Shown: positions 35,984 through 44,210, counted from the stretch's first letter. The stretch is 64,000 bases of DNA from an uncultured Mollicutes bacterium (GCA_900540385.1 UQFY01000010.1:7220-71219); one strand, 5' to 3'. Made by a program: numbers and translations. The notes: a model not told the origin generated them from the sequence alone.

Positions 35984-36589
35984 ATGTCTGAATTAAAATT
36001 CATTGTTGAAACAAGTGCCCGTCACGTCCATTTAACCCAAGAAGCGGTTGAAATTCTTTTTGGCAAAGGACATGAGTTAACCCCACGCAAATTCCTTTCC
36101 CAACCTGGACAATTTGCGTCTAATGATAAAGTCCAAGTTATTGGCTATAACAAGAAAGATCCAAACGGAGTTCGCCCAAGCGCCATGTTCTCCATTCTTG
36201 GACCAGTGCGTAAAGCAAATCAAGTCGAAGTGTCTTTCACCGATGCTCGTACTCTTGGCTTAACTGCCCCTGTGCGTGAATCTGGCGATATTGCTGGTTC
36301 TGGAAAATGCACGATCAAAGGACCTGAAGGTGAGATTGAACTCGAAGAAGGGGTTATTGTGGCAAAACGTCATATCCATATGACACCAAAAGATGCTGAA
36401 GATTTTGGCGTTAGCAATGGCCAAATCGTCTCTGTTCGTATTGATGGCACAGGACGTGCAACCGTTTATGATGATGTTGTTATCCGTGTTTCCGAAAAGT
36501 TCTCTTTAGCTATGCATATCGATACTGATGAATGCAATGCTGCAGCTGCTTTTGGAACCGTTTACGGAACAATTGTTGATAAAAAATAA
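35984..36589 (+). CDS. pduL: Phosphate acyltransferase PduL (phosphate propanoyl/acetyltransferase)
   Basis: 201 aa. Duplicated PduL motifs SARHVHL and KRHIHM. Confidence 0.88.
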   Translation: MSELKFIVETSARHVHLTQEAVEILFGKGHELTPRKFLSQPGQFASNDKVQVIGYNKKDPNGVRPSAMFSILGPVRKANQVEVSFTDARTLGLTAPVRESGDIAGSGKCTIKGPEGEIELEEGVIVAKRHIHMTPKDAEDFGVSNGQIVSVRIDGTGRATVYDDVVIRVSEKFSLAMHIDTDECNAAAAFGTVYGTIVDKK

Positions 36590-36590
36590 G

Positions 36591-36866
36591 ATGGCTGTTA
36601 CTTCTTTTACTTACACTCCAAAGAATGTTTGCTCAAGGCAATTTGAATTCACTTTTGATGGGGATGTCATTCTTTCTTTGAAAATTACACGTGGATGCCC
36701 AGGAAACACCCAAGGCATCTCTAAATTAGTCGAAGGAAGAAAGATAGATGAAGTCATATCTTTGCTAAAAGGAATTGTTTGTCCTTCCACAAGGGAAGCA
36801 AAAACTTCTTGCCCTGACCAAATTGCGGAAGCTTTAATGGCTTATAAAGCACAAAGAAATGGCTAA
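36591..36866 (+). CDS. Small 4-Cys protein (TIGR03905-like)
   Basis: 91 aa from the ATG at 36591. Motifs RGCPGNTQG...GI.CP....TSCPDQ.A.AL. Confidence 0.7.
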   Translation: MAVTSFTYTPKNVCSRQFEFTFDGDVILSLKITRGCPGNTQGISKLVEGRKIDEVISLLKGIVCPSTREAKTSCPDQIAEALMAYKAQRNG

Positions 36867-37374
36867 GATACTGATTTTAAATGGCTCTCCTCATTTGAAA
36901 GGAAATACTTCCGCAATGGTGGATTCCTTTCTTGCTGGGGCAAAGAAGGCTCAGAATGAAGTGTTTGTTTATAACGTTGCATTCATGAATATTCATGACA
37001 GCATCGGTTTTCAAGATGAACTCATTCACGATGATATGAATCAGATTGAAAAATCTCTTCTGTCTTCGGATTATGTCGTTCTTGCTTCGCCTCTTTATTT
37101 CTTCTCCTTTAGTGGCTATTTAAAAAACGTAATTGACCGTTTCGCATCCTTTAAAAACATCGAAAACAAAAAACTCTTGCTCTTTGTTTCCATGGCTTCG
37201 GATAATCCTGAATCCTTAAAACCAATTCAAGAGCAAACAAAACTCATTGCAAATCACCTAAAATGGTCTTTTGAAGGTTTCTCCTTCCTCCCTTCTTGTA
37301 AAAAAGAAGATGATTATAAGAATCATTTTGGAGAACTAGAAAAACCTTTCCAAATGGGCTTGTCGATACATTGA
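36859..37374 (+). CDS. Flavodoxin-like NAD(P)H-dependent FMN reductase family protein
   Basis: 171 aa. N-terminal KILILNGSPHLKGNT and ASPLYFFS motifs. 8-nt overlap with the upstream gene. Confidence 0.8.
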   Translation: MAKILILNGSPHLKGNTSAMVDSFLAGAKKAQNEVFVYNVAFMNIHDSIGFQDELIHDDMNQIEKSLLSSDYVVLASPLYFFSFSGYLKNVIDRFASFKNIENKKLLLFVSMASDNPESLKPIQEQTKLIANHLKWSFEGFSFLPSCKKEDDYKNHFGELEKPFQMGLSIH

Positions 37375-37380
37375 TGAATA

Positions 37381-37402
37381 ACGCTCCGTAACGGGCGTTT
37401 TT
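37381..37402 (+). terminator. Rho-independent terminator
   Basis: ACGCTC-loop-GGGCGT followed by TTTTT. Confidence 0.6.
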
Positions 37403-37404
37403 CC

Positions 37405-37433
37405 TTGCAAGGAAGAAGATAATTCCCTAGAAT
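37405..37433 (+). promoter_or_regulatory. Putative metK promoter
   Basis: TTGCAA-17 nt-TAGAAT. Confidence 0.55.
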
Positions 37434-37440
37434 ATATCCA

Positions 37441-37602
37441 CGACGAAAGTCGAGTATCTAGAAGCGGTTCCTAAGGACTGAAAAAAACCGCTAGCAACTC
37501 CAATCTAAATCGATGGTAAGTGCTTGTTCTTAGAGGGCTCCACACGCCCTAGCGATGCTCGAGGCAAGGTATATTTCCTTCCACCACGTGTGGGAGGTTT
37601 TT
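37441..37602 (+). promoter_or_regulatory. Structured metK leader: candidate SAM riboswitch (SAM-I/S-box-like architecture, divergent sequence) with terminator
   Basis: P1 CGAGTATC (37451-58) pairs with GATGCTCG (37554-61). P2 hairpin is AGCGGTT..AACCGCT. P3 is AGCAAC..AGTGCT. P4 is AGGGC..GCCCT. The P2 loop AAGGAC can pair with GTTCTT in J3/4 as a pseudoknot. The terminator is CCTTCCAC-CACGT-GTGGGAGG followed by TTTTT, at 37577-37602. Confidence 0.55.
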
Positions 37603-37625
37603 CGTTCTTGTAACAAGGAGAATAT

Positions 37626-38795
37626 ATGCAAAAAGTTTTATTTACCTCAGAGTCCGTTTCCGAAGGACATCCAGATAAAGTTTGCGATAAGATTGCCGAC
37701 TCTATCCTCGATGAATGTCTCCGTTTAGATCCACAAGCACACGTTGCTTGCGAAGTCTTTGCGACCACTGAATATATCGTTATTGGTGGAGAAATCACCG
37801 TTAATGGCCATATTGATTATGAAGGAATTGCAAGAAATGTCCTTCGTGAAATTGGTTATGTTTCTCCAGAAATCGGCATTGGCGCGGATACTTGTGAAAT
37901 TGTTGTCAAAGTGAAAGAACAATCCCCTGATATCAATATGGGCATTGAACGCCAAAATGAATTGGATATGGGTGCCGGAGATCAAGGAATCATGTTCGGA
38001 TACGCTACAAATGAATCCGCAGGTTATATGCCTCTTCCCATTTCCATTGCTCATAAGCTTGTAAGAACTGCCACCATTTTAAGAAAGAATGGGGAATTTA
38101 AACATGCTAGACCAGATATGAAGTCTCAAGTCACGATTGATTATACCAATCCAAAAAATCCTAAAATTGACAATATTTTGATGTCTATTCAGCATGATGA
38201 AGAAACAAATTTGAATGATTTTAAAAAATACGTTCATGAAAATATCATGGTACCAGTCGCAGAATCCTTTGGAATGAACATTGACTTTTCTTATTTGGTA
38301 AATCCAACAGGACGTTTCTGTATTGGCGGTCCTAAAGGAGACACAGGATTAACAGGAAGAAAACTCATCGTTGATACCTATGGCGGATCTGCTAGACATG
38401 GCGGAGGAGCCTTCTCTGGCAAAGACCCATCTAAGGTTGATCGTTCCGCTTCATATTATGCTAGATATATTGCCAAAAACCTTGTTGCCGCTGGTGCAGC
38501 TGATCGTTTGGAAGTTCAACTTTCCTATGCCATTGGCGTAGCAAAACCTTTATCTGTTGGCATTAACACATATGGCACAAAACATTATCCAGACGAATTA
38601 ATCCTTGAAGCCGTCGATAAATTCTTCGATGCCAGACCAGGCGCTATTATTGATGCCTTCTCTTTAAGGAAGCCTTCTTTCAAATACGCCGATACAACAA
38701 ATTACGGTGCTTTTGGAAGACCGGATCTTTCATTGCCTTGGGAAAAGCTTGATAAGGTTGATGAATTAAAAGCCTTCTTTAAAAAACACGCTTAA
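37626..38795 (+). CDS. metK: S-adenosylmethionine synthase
   Basis: 389 aa. FTSESVSEGHPDK, GAGDQG, GGGAFSGKD and DRSA.Y motifs. Confidence 0.97.
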   Translation: MQKVLFTSESVSEGHPDKVCDKIADSILDECLRLDPQAHVACEVFATTEYIVIGGEITVNGHIDYEGIARNVLREIGYVSPEIGIGADTCEIVVKVKEQSPDINMGIERQNELDMGAGDQGIMFGYATNESAGYMPLPISIAHKLVRTATILRKNGEFKHARPDMKSQVTIDYTNPKNPKIDNILMSIQHDEETNLNDFKKYVHENIMVPVAESFGMNIDFSYLVNPTGRFCIGGPKGDTGLTGRKLIVDTYGGSARHGGGAFSGKDPSKVDRSASYYARYIAKNLVAAGAADRLEVQLSYAIGVAKPLSVGINTYGTKHYPDELILEAVDKFFDARPGAIIDAFSLRKPSFKYADTTNYGAFGRPDLSLPWEKLDKVDELKAFFKKHA

Positions 38796-38817
38796 ACCCC
38801 CTTTCTAATGCATAATT

Positions 38818-38848
38818 CCCCACCTTTCGTTGCTAAAGGCGGGGTTTT
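38818..38848 (+). terminator. Terminator after metK
   Basis: CCCCACCTTT-7-nt loop-AAAGGCGGGG followed by TTTT. Confidence 0.7.
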
Positions 38849-38859
38849 CATTATATAAA

Positions 38860-38873
38860 TGTAAGCGTTTACA
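38860..38873. promoter_or_regulatory. Candidate catabolite-responsive element (cre)
   Basis: TGTAAGCGTTTACA fits the TGWAANCGNTNWCA consensus at every constrained position. It lies about 120 nt upstream of hpf. Confidence 0.5.
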
Positions 38874-38991
38874 AATTTACAATTACGAAATTCATTAGAT
38901 GGCATCTAAAGAAAAAATATCTATTATTTACTTTTTTTGTGCCTTCTTTATTATGTAGTTGTAAGGGATTTAAGTCCCGGGAGGTACATAT

Positions 38992-39555
38992 ATGAATGTT
39001 CAGATTGTCGGTAAGAATGTTTCGATTACCGACTCTATCCGTGCAAGCGTAGAAAAGAAACTCGCCCGCATGGATAAGTATTTCGTCAAAGACACTGACG
39101 AAGTGCTTGCGAGAGTAGTCGTTGTCGCCTATAACGTAGGCGCAAAAGTGGAGATTACAATCTTCACCAAAGCGATGGATTTCCGCACTGAGGTTCGTGA
39201 CAATGATCTTTATGCGGCAGTTGATTTAGCCATTGATAAATTGGAAGATCAGATGCGCCGCTTAAAGACAAGAATGAACCGTTCTAAGAGCGCTGGAAAG
39301 GGCCTTGGTTTAGGACGTTCAATTGCGTTTGAAAATCTTGAAGAAGAGAAGGAAGAAGAGGAGAATGAAGAAGTTGTTAGAACTAAGTCAATCTACCTTG
39401 ATCCAATGACCCTTGACGATGCGATTACAAGAATGGATGCATTAGGTCATACATTCTTCGTTTATCTTGATTCTGATGATAATAAAATTGCCGTTGCCTA
39501 TAAGAGAATGGATGGCGGATATGGCGTTATCGAAATTGAGAACGATTTAAAATAA
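38992..39555 (+). CDS. hpf: Ribosome hibernation promoting factor (long HPF)
   Basis: 187 aa. N-terminal S30AE/YfiA domain (MNVQIVGKNV.ITD..R..VEKK..R..KY), acidic linker and a C-terminal dimerisation domain. Confidence 0.92.
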   Translation: MNVQIVGKNVSITDSIRASVEKKLARMDKYFVKDTDEVLARVVVVAYNVGAKVEITIFTKAMDFRTEVRDNDLYAAVDLAIDKLEDQMRRLKTRMNRSKSAGKGLGLGRSIAFENLEEEKEEEENEEVVRTKSIYLDPMTLDDAITRMDALGHTFFVYLDSDDNKIAVAYKRMDGGYGVIEIENDLK

Positions 39556-39582
39556 CGTAAAATATCAACAATGAAAAAGATT

Positions 39583-39610
39583 AGAGTTCTTCGGAACTCT
39601 TTTCTTTTTT
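39583..39610 (+). terminator. Terminator after hpf
   Basis: AGAGTTC-TTCG-GAACTCT followed by TTTTCTTTTTT. Confidence 0.85.
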
Positions 39611-39642
39611 AAAATTATTCTTTAACCAACAAAATATTTATG

Positions 39643-39672
39643 TTGCCTAATAAATTATGTAGGGTTTAAAAT
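39643..39672 (+). promoter_or_regulatory. Putative promoter placing the TSS on the ATG of the 107-aa gene
   Basis: TTGCCT-18 nt-TAAAAT-6 nt-ATG, no Shine-Dalgarno. Confidence 0.5.
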
Positions 39673-39678
39673 AGTCTT

Positions 39679-40002
39679 ATGAAAAAGACGCTTACTAAAA
39701 AGAGAATCAATGGACACGATTATTATTACCTTTCTTATCGAAAAGGGGAGAAAGTGATTAGCCAATACCTCGGTTCATCTTCGTCAACCAAATACAAAAA
39801 ATATCTTTATTTGCTTACCCATAAAGCATCGAAATATGGGTTTGAAAAAGTGCGTCAAAATAACTTTAAAAAAGGTGTTCCAATCGCCTATGTTGAAGAT
39901 GGTTATTTGGTGTATGAATTTAAGAATGGAGCCAAGCAATATATGAACTCCAAAATGCAAGTTGTTAAGGTAACTCGCCATGGAAGAAAATCAGAATTGT
40001 AA
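39679..40002 (+). CDS. Small basic protein, candidate antitoxin or DNA-binding partner
   Basis: 107 aa. The N-terminal motif INGHDYYYLSYRKGEKVISQYLG resembles the YYYL..R..GKV....YLG motif I recall from N-termini of some transposases. Overlaps the downstream P-loop gene by 23 nt. Confidence 0.6.
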   Translation: MKKTLTKKRINGHDYYYLSYRKGEKVISQYLGSSSSTKYKKYLYLLTHKASKYGFEKVRQNNFKKGVPIAYVEDGYLVYEFKNGAKQYMNSKMQVVKVTRHGRKSEL

Positions 40003-40489
40003 AGAATTAATTTTAGTTTGCGGGGTGGATGGCAGTGGGCGCTCTACTTTTGCTCAATGCTTCAAAAATTCTTTCATGCAATCCTTACCCGCTGAACCAC
40101 TCTACCAGGGATTATTGGGGGGTTCATCTTTTGTGTCCACCTCAAGCCTTATCGATCCTAAGCGCATTGAGTACATAAAGAAAGCGCATCTAATGGGGTA
40201 TAAAATTACCGTCTATTACATTTTCGCTGGCAAGCTTCTCTCTATTGCTAGAAATCGTTTTCGTCTTTTAGCGGATGGCCATTCTTTCGATGAGCAAGAA
40301 TTTAAAAAGACCTATGAATCTTCTTACAAAGGCCTTCTTGAGATTTACGAATATATTGACTTAGTTTTCTTTATCCGAAATCAGAAAGAATATGAATTCC
40401 TTGTCGCTTACTCTCCAAGCGAAACCAACTTTGATGATTTTAAGGAAGCGGTGAAAAAAACCAAAACTTTCGTTGACCGAATTAAGTGA
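39980..40489 (+). CDS. Zeta-toxin/COG4185-like P-loop protein with Lys-to-Arg Walker A
   Basis: 169 aa. The P-loop is GVDGSGRST. The downstream pattern GYKITVYYIF......ARNRF..LADGHSF......K.Y..S is typical of small zeta/COG4185 kinases. Confidence 0.6.
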   Translation: MEENQNCKELILVCGVDGSGRSTFAQCFKNSFMQSLPAEPLYQGLLGGSSFVSTSSLIDPKRIEYIKKAHLMGYKITVYYIFAGKLLSIARNRFRLLADGHSFDEQEFKKTYESSYKGLLEIYEYIDLVFFIRNQKEYEFLVAYSPSETNFDDFKEAVKKTKTFVDRIK

Positions 40490-40548
40490 CCTTTCAATAA
40501 CAATAGAAAAATTCCCCACTTTGCTTTTATTGTATTAAAATTAATTTT

Positions 40549-41421
40549 ATGGTTTCACCAGAAGTACTTGCAACAGATCTAGACGGAACGCTTTTCTACC
40601 CGAAAAGGAAAAGAAATCTAATTCCAGCAAAATCCATTAATTTCCTTAAACGCTATATCGAAGATGGTGGACGTTTATTAATCGTTAGTGGAAGGGGCCA
40701 CTATTTCGCGGATAAAGTTCGTGAAGTTTTAGGCTGCCCAGTGGATGTAGTGGGCTGCAATGGTTCTTTTGTTGAATCAGATGGTACATTAATCAAAGAA
40801 AACTTTTTTGACGCGGAGAAACTCAAAAAGACTCTTTCGGAAATTCGTAGAGAACAACGACTGATGTTTATTTCCCTTTTCTGCAAGGACTATAACTTTG
40901 TGGTGGACATATCCATGTTAAATTTCTTCCCACGTGTTGGATATCGTCTTTACGAGTTAAGCCAAGGGGCATATCGTGAGAAAGCGACTAAAAGTGAAAA
41001 AATTTTCTACGAACAACTAGAAAAAGGGCAAGTATACAAAGTTCTTCTCTTCGTTGGACCATCCAAAAAATCCATACGTCGTTCAGAAGAATTAACCAAA
41101 CTGTTAGCGGTTCGTTACCCAGATATGGAATTCGCTTTCAGCAATCAAGTTATTGAAATCACCCCAAAAGGGTGCACAAAATCCTCTGGGATATCTTTTT
41201 ATCTTGATTACAACCACTTTTCTAACGATAATGTTATAGTCATTGGCGACTCTGGAAATGATATTTCCATGTTTAAAGCTTACCATGATCAAAGCTATTG
41301 CATGTCACACGCTCCATTAAGCGTTCGTCAATACGCCAAAACAACAATTAAACATTTCTACGATTTGGAAGAATATATCTATCCATCGGCGGAGACAAAA
41401 ACTTCCAAAGAAAAGAAATGA
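40549..41421 (+). CDS. Cof-type HAD-IIB phosphatase
   Basis: 290 aa. DLDGTL, VSGRG and IGDSGNDISMF motifs. Confidence 0.85.
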   Translation: MVSPEVLATDLDGTLFYPKRKRNLIPAKSINFLKRYIEDGGRLLIVSGRGHYFADKVREVLGCPVDVVGCNGSFVESDGTLIKENFFDAEKLKKTLSEIRREQRLMFISLFCKDYNFVVDISMLNFFPRVGYRLYELSQGAYREKATKSEKIFYEQLEKGQVYKVLLFVGPSKKSIRRSEELTKLLAVRYPDMEFAFSNQVIEITPKGCTKSSGISFYLDYNHFSNDNVIVIGDSGNDISMFKAYHDQSYCMSHAPLSVRQYAKTTIKHFYDLEEYIYPSAETKTSKEKK

Positions 41422-41447
41422 ATATTTGAAGAAAGGATTTCACACTA

Positions 41448-42326
41448 ATGAATCAAATTTCAGAAGTAATCACCACACTCGAGCACTACAAAGTGGTGAT
41501 TAGAGACACTCTTGAGTACACTCTTCCAAGAGACAAATATGATATGGATGCTTATAACGAGAAAAAGAGAAGCATTCTCATCGAACTCGATCAAAATACA
41601 CCTTTAAAGAGCATTATCACCAATTCCGGTGAAAATGGTGAAAAATTAGAGAAAATGATCCGTGACTTCTATGAAGAAGTTTATGGCGAAGGCTCTACCA
41701 TTTTAAAAGCAGCTGAAGATGGCTTACGTGTTGACCACGCTCAACATTTAGCAATTTTCAAAGGCGTTCTCCCAATTCATGAAAACATTGAAGGAATGGT
41801 TCGCGGAATCATTGCTGATGCTAAGAAAAACAATCCTAACGTTGATTTAGCCCAAGTTGAAAACGTTGACCTTTTAGAAGAAAGAATGTATCGCACTGTC
41901 GCATACCTCACTCTTACTAATCAATTAATCAAACTTTTCAGCGACTATAACCAAGCCCGTCGTGAAGCAAAAGGCGAAGAAAGTGCCGCTTCCAAATTTA
42001 TTGGCAATGATATCAACGAAGTCATTGGCGATTTAAATATGGTCCGTGCCAACTCCCGTATCACTGATGCCCGTTTCATGGGTGTTCAAGATAAAGTTTT
42101 CGAACTTGTCGAATTTATGACTGGCCGTCGTGATTTACCTTCTGGTAAAGGCTTTGGCGATGTCATTCGCGAAACCCAAAGTGCAGTCGGCGGACTTGTT
42201 AGTGAAGTTGAACCTGCTTTCCGTGATGCTTATGTTCCATTATTAAACGAGCTCATCGAACAAGCTAAAGCAAATAACAACAAAATCGGTGGTCAAGAAG
42301 CTGCCCCAGAAAATAAGGCTGCTTAA
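41448..42326 (+). CDS. Hypothetical soluble helical protein
   Basis: 292-aa ORF with an AAAGGA ribosome-binding site. No recognisable motif. Confidence 0.6.
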   Translation: MNQISEVITTLEHYKVVIRDTLEYTLPRDKYDMDAYNEKKRSILIELDQNTPLKSIITNSGENGEKLEKMIRDFYEEVYGEGSTILKAAEDGLRVDHAQHLAIFKGVLPIHENIEGMVRGIIADAKKNNPNVDLAQVENVDLLEERMYRTVAYLTLTNQLIKLFSDYNQARREAKGEESAASKFIGNDINEVIGDLNMVRANSRITDARFMGVQDKVFELVEFMTGRRDLPSGKGFGDVIRETQSAVGGLVSEVEPAFRDAYVPLLNELIEQAKANNNKIGGQEAAPENKAA

Positions 42327-42348
42327 TTAATAGCAAAGTGGTGATACC

Positions 42349-42762
42349 ATGGCAGAAACAACAGTTAAAACAAGAAAAGTTCATAGCAAAAGATGGCATA
42401 TAGTTTGGCGAAGCATCGTTTGCACTTTAGATGGTGCACTCGCTCTTGGCGGAATTATCATGATCATCTTAGGCATTATTTCTGATTATTTACCTAAGAA
42501 GAATAGCGATAATTGGACCGGTAATGCTGCTTTTCAAGCGGCAACTGGCATGGACTATCGCTGGTTCGGTTTTATCTTAATCGTTTGTTCAGTCGCCTTG
42601 ATGTTCTTAGCCTTTAACGTGATGGCGCATCATGATGCCTCCGACAAAGAACGTGAACTTAGAAGACAAGAAAGAATGAAAGTTCTTGCTGCCTCCCAAG
42701 AAACAAGTCAAAAGAATGAGCAAGAAGCGGTTGTTGTTACCGTAACCGAAAAACAAAAATAG
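42349..42762 (+). CDS. Hypothetical membrane protein (2 TM) with charged C-terminal tail
   Basis: 137-aa ORF. Hydrophobic helices LALGGIIMIILGII and FGFILIVCSVALMFLAF. Followed by a terminator. Confidence 0.6.
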   Translation: MAETTVKTRKVHSKRWHIVWRSIVCTLDGALALGGIIMIILGIISDYLPKKNSDNWTGNAAFQAATGMDYRWFGFILIVCSVALMFLAFNVMAHHDASDKERELRRQERMKVLAASQETSQKNEQEAVVVTVTEKQK

Positions 42763-42780
42763 TTTCTAAAAAACCAAAAA

Positions 42781-42806
42781 TCCCCTGCAAAAGTAGGGGG
42801 TTTTTC
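42781..42806 (+). terminator. Rho-independent terminator
   Basis: TCCCCT-8-nt loop-AGGGGG followed by TTTTT. Confidence 0.7.
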
Positions 42807-42821
42807 ATATTCTGCACAAAG

Positions 42822-42848
42822 AAAAAGCGCTATATTTCAAGCGCTTCC
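42822..42848 (-). terminator. Terminator after upp
   Basis: Minus strand: AAGCGCT-8-nt loop-AGCGCTT followed by TTTTC. Confidence 0.65.
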
Positions 42849-42860
42849 GTTTTATGTGAC

Positions 42861-43508
42861 TTATTTAATGGTTCCGAAGATACGATCACCGGCATCGCCT
42901 AATCCTGGGCAGATATAAGCATTTTCGTTTAATTCGCGATCTAATGCACCAATGGTGAGAGGAACTTCTGGGAAAGCTTTCTCAAAGGCTTCAACACCTT
43001 CTGGGGCTGCAATGATGCAGATGAAATGAAGATGTTTGGCACCATGTTGTTTTAAAAGGGTTAAGGCGTCAATTGCTGAACCACCAGTTGCTAACATTGG
43101 GTCAACAACATAAATTTCACGATCCTCTAAGTCGTATGGGAGTTTGCAATAATACTCGTGAGGAATGTGTGTTTCTTCGTCACGGTATAAACCAATATGA
43201 CCAACTTTTGCGGATGGGACGAGTTCCGTCATTCCATCGACCATTCCTAAACCTGCGCGAAGGATAGGGACGAAACATAATTTTTTGCCAGAGACCATTG
43301 GCTGCATGCTTTTTTCAATTGGAGTTTCTACTTCAACTAAATGCGTTGGCAAATCACGTAAGGCTTCATAGCCTTCCATAATCGCGATTTCCTTTACGAC
43401 GCGTCTGAATTCGTTTGTCCCCGTGTTCTTATCACGGAGAATGCTGATTTTGTGCTTGATTAAAGGATGGTCAAGCAAGGTGACGTTGGGATACTTAGAT
43501 AAGTCCAT
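42861..43508 (-). CDS. upp: Uracil phosphoribosyltransferase
   Basis: 215 aa. PRPP-binding loop [11 protein letters not shown] and C-terminal [14 protein letters not shown]. Confidence 0.95.
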   Translation of the reverse strand: MDLSKYPNVTLLDHPLIKHKISILRDKNTGTNEFRRVVKEIAIMEGYEALRDLPTHLVEVETPIEKSMQPMVSGKKLCFVPILRAGLGMVDGMTELVPSAKVGHIGLYRDEETHIPHEYYCKLPYDLEDREIYVVDPMLATGGSAIDALTLLKQHGAKHLHFICIIAAPEGVEAFEKAFPEVPLTIGALDRELNENAYICPGLGDAGDRIFGTIK

Positions 43509-43636
43509 ATAAATGCCTCTTTTCAGCCCTCTAATATATCATAAACATAGAATATTTCACGAAGATTTTTAAAAAGAAAAAACTCCCTTTTCACCGCGAT
43601 AATTATTTGTATAATAATCTTTTGTGAGGTAAAAAA

Positions 43637-44161
43637 ATGGACTATTCAAAATACATTGGTGTTACGCCAGATTTTCCTACCGCTGGAATCTCTTTTAAAG
43701 ACGTATCTCCTTTATGCGCCGACCCTGCCGCTTTTAAGAATGCGATTGATGATTTAGCCAAGATGGCAGAGAAATATCATCCAGACGTAATCATTGGCCC
43801 TGAAGCAAGAGGCTTCCTTTTCGGCTCTGCTTTAGCTTATAAAATGGGCTTAGGATTCATTATGGCTAGAAAAGCAGGAAAACTCCCTGGAAAAACCTAT
43901 TCCATCGAATATTCTTTGGAGTATGGAAAAGCGAAAATCGAAGTACCCGCTTGCGCTTTAAAGAAAGGGCAACGTGTTTTATTAGTCGATGATCTTCTTG
44001 CCACTGGCGGTTCTTTGAAAGCGTTAGGGGAATTAATTCGCGAAGCAGGAGCCATTCCAGTTGGCGCTTTAACTATCATCAATCTGAAAGAAATCGAAGG
44101 TTGGAAGAAACTTGACTTCCCATGTGAATGCCTTGTTGAATTAAGCGCTCTTCACGCTTAA
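43637..44161 (+). CDS. apt: Adenine phosphoribosyltransferase
   Basis: 174 aa. F.DV.P, GPEARGF and VLLVDDLLATGGS motifs. Confidence 0.95.
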   Translation: MDYSKYIGVTPDFPTAGISFKDVSPLCADPAAFKNAIDDLAKMAEKYHPDVIIGPEARGFLFGSALAYKMGLGFIMARKAGKLPGKTYSIEYSLEYGKAKIEVPACALKKGQRVLLVDDLLATGGSLKALGELIREAGAIPVGALTIINLKEIEGWKKLDFPCECLVELSALHA

Positions 44162-44179
44162 TAAGCAATTGTTTTTATA

Positions 44180-44210
44180 AAAAATGACTGGCGCTGGTCA
44201 GTCATTTTCT
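44180..44210. terminator. Bidirectional terminator
   Basis: AAAAATGACTG-8-nt loop-CAGTCATTTT. Overlaps the stop of the minus-strand NUDIX gene. Confidence 0.7.

Noticed and set aside
37505-37798. 97-aa minus-strand ORF overlapping the metK leader and the metK 5' end
   Set aside because: It is antisense to a highly conserved metK coding region and to the structured leader. It has no ribosome-binding site or promoter, so it is most likely spurious.
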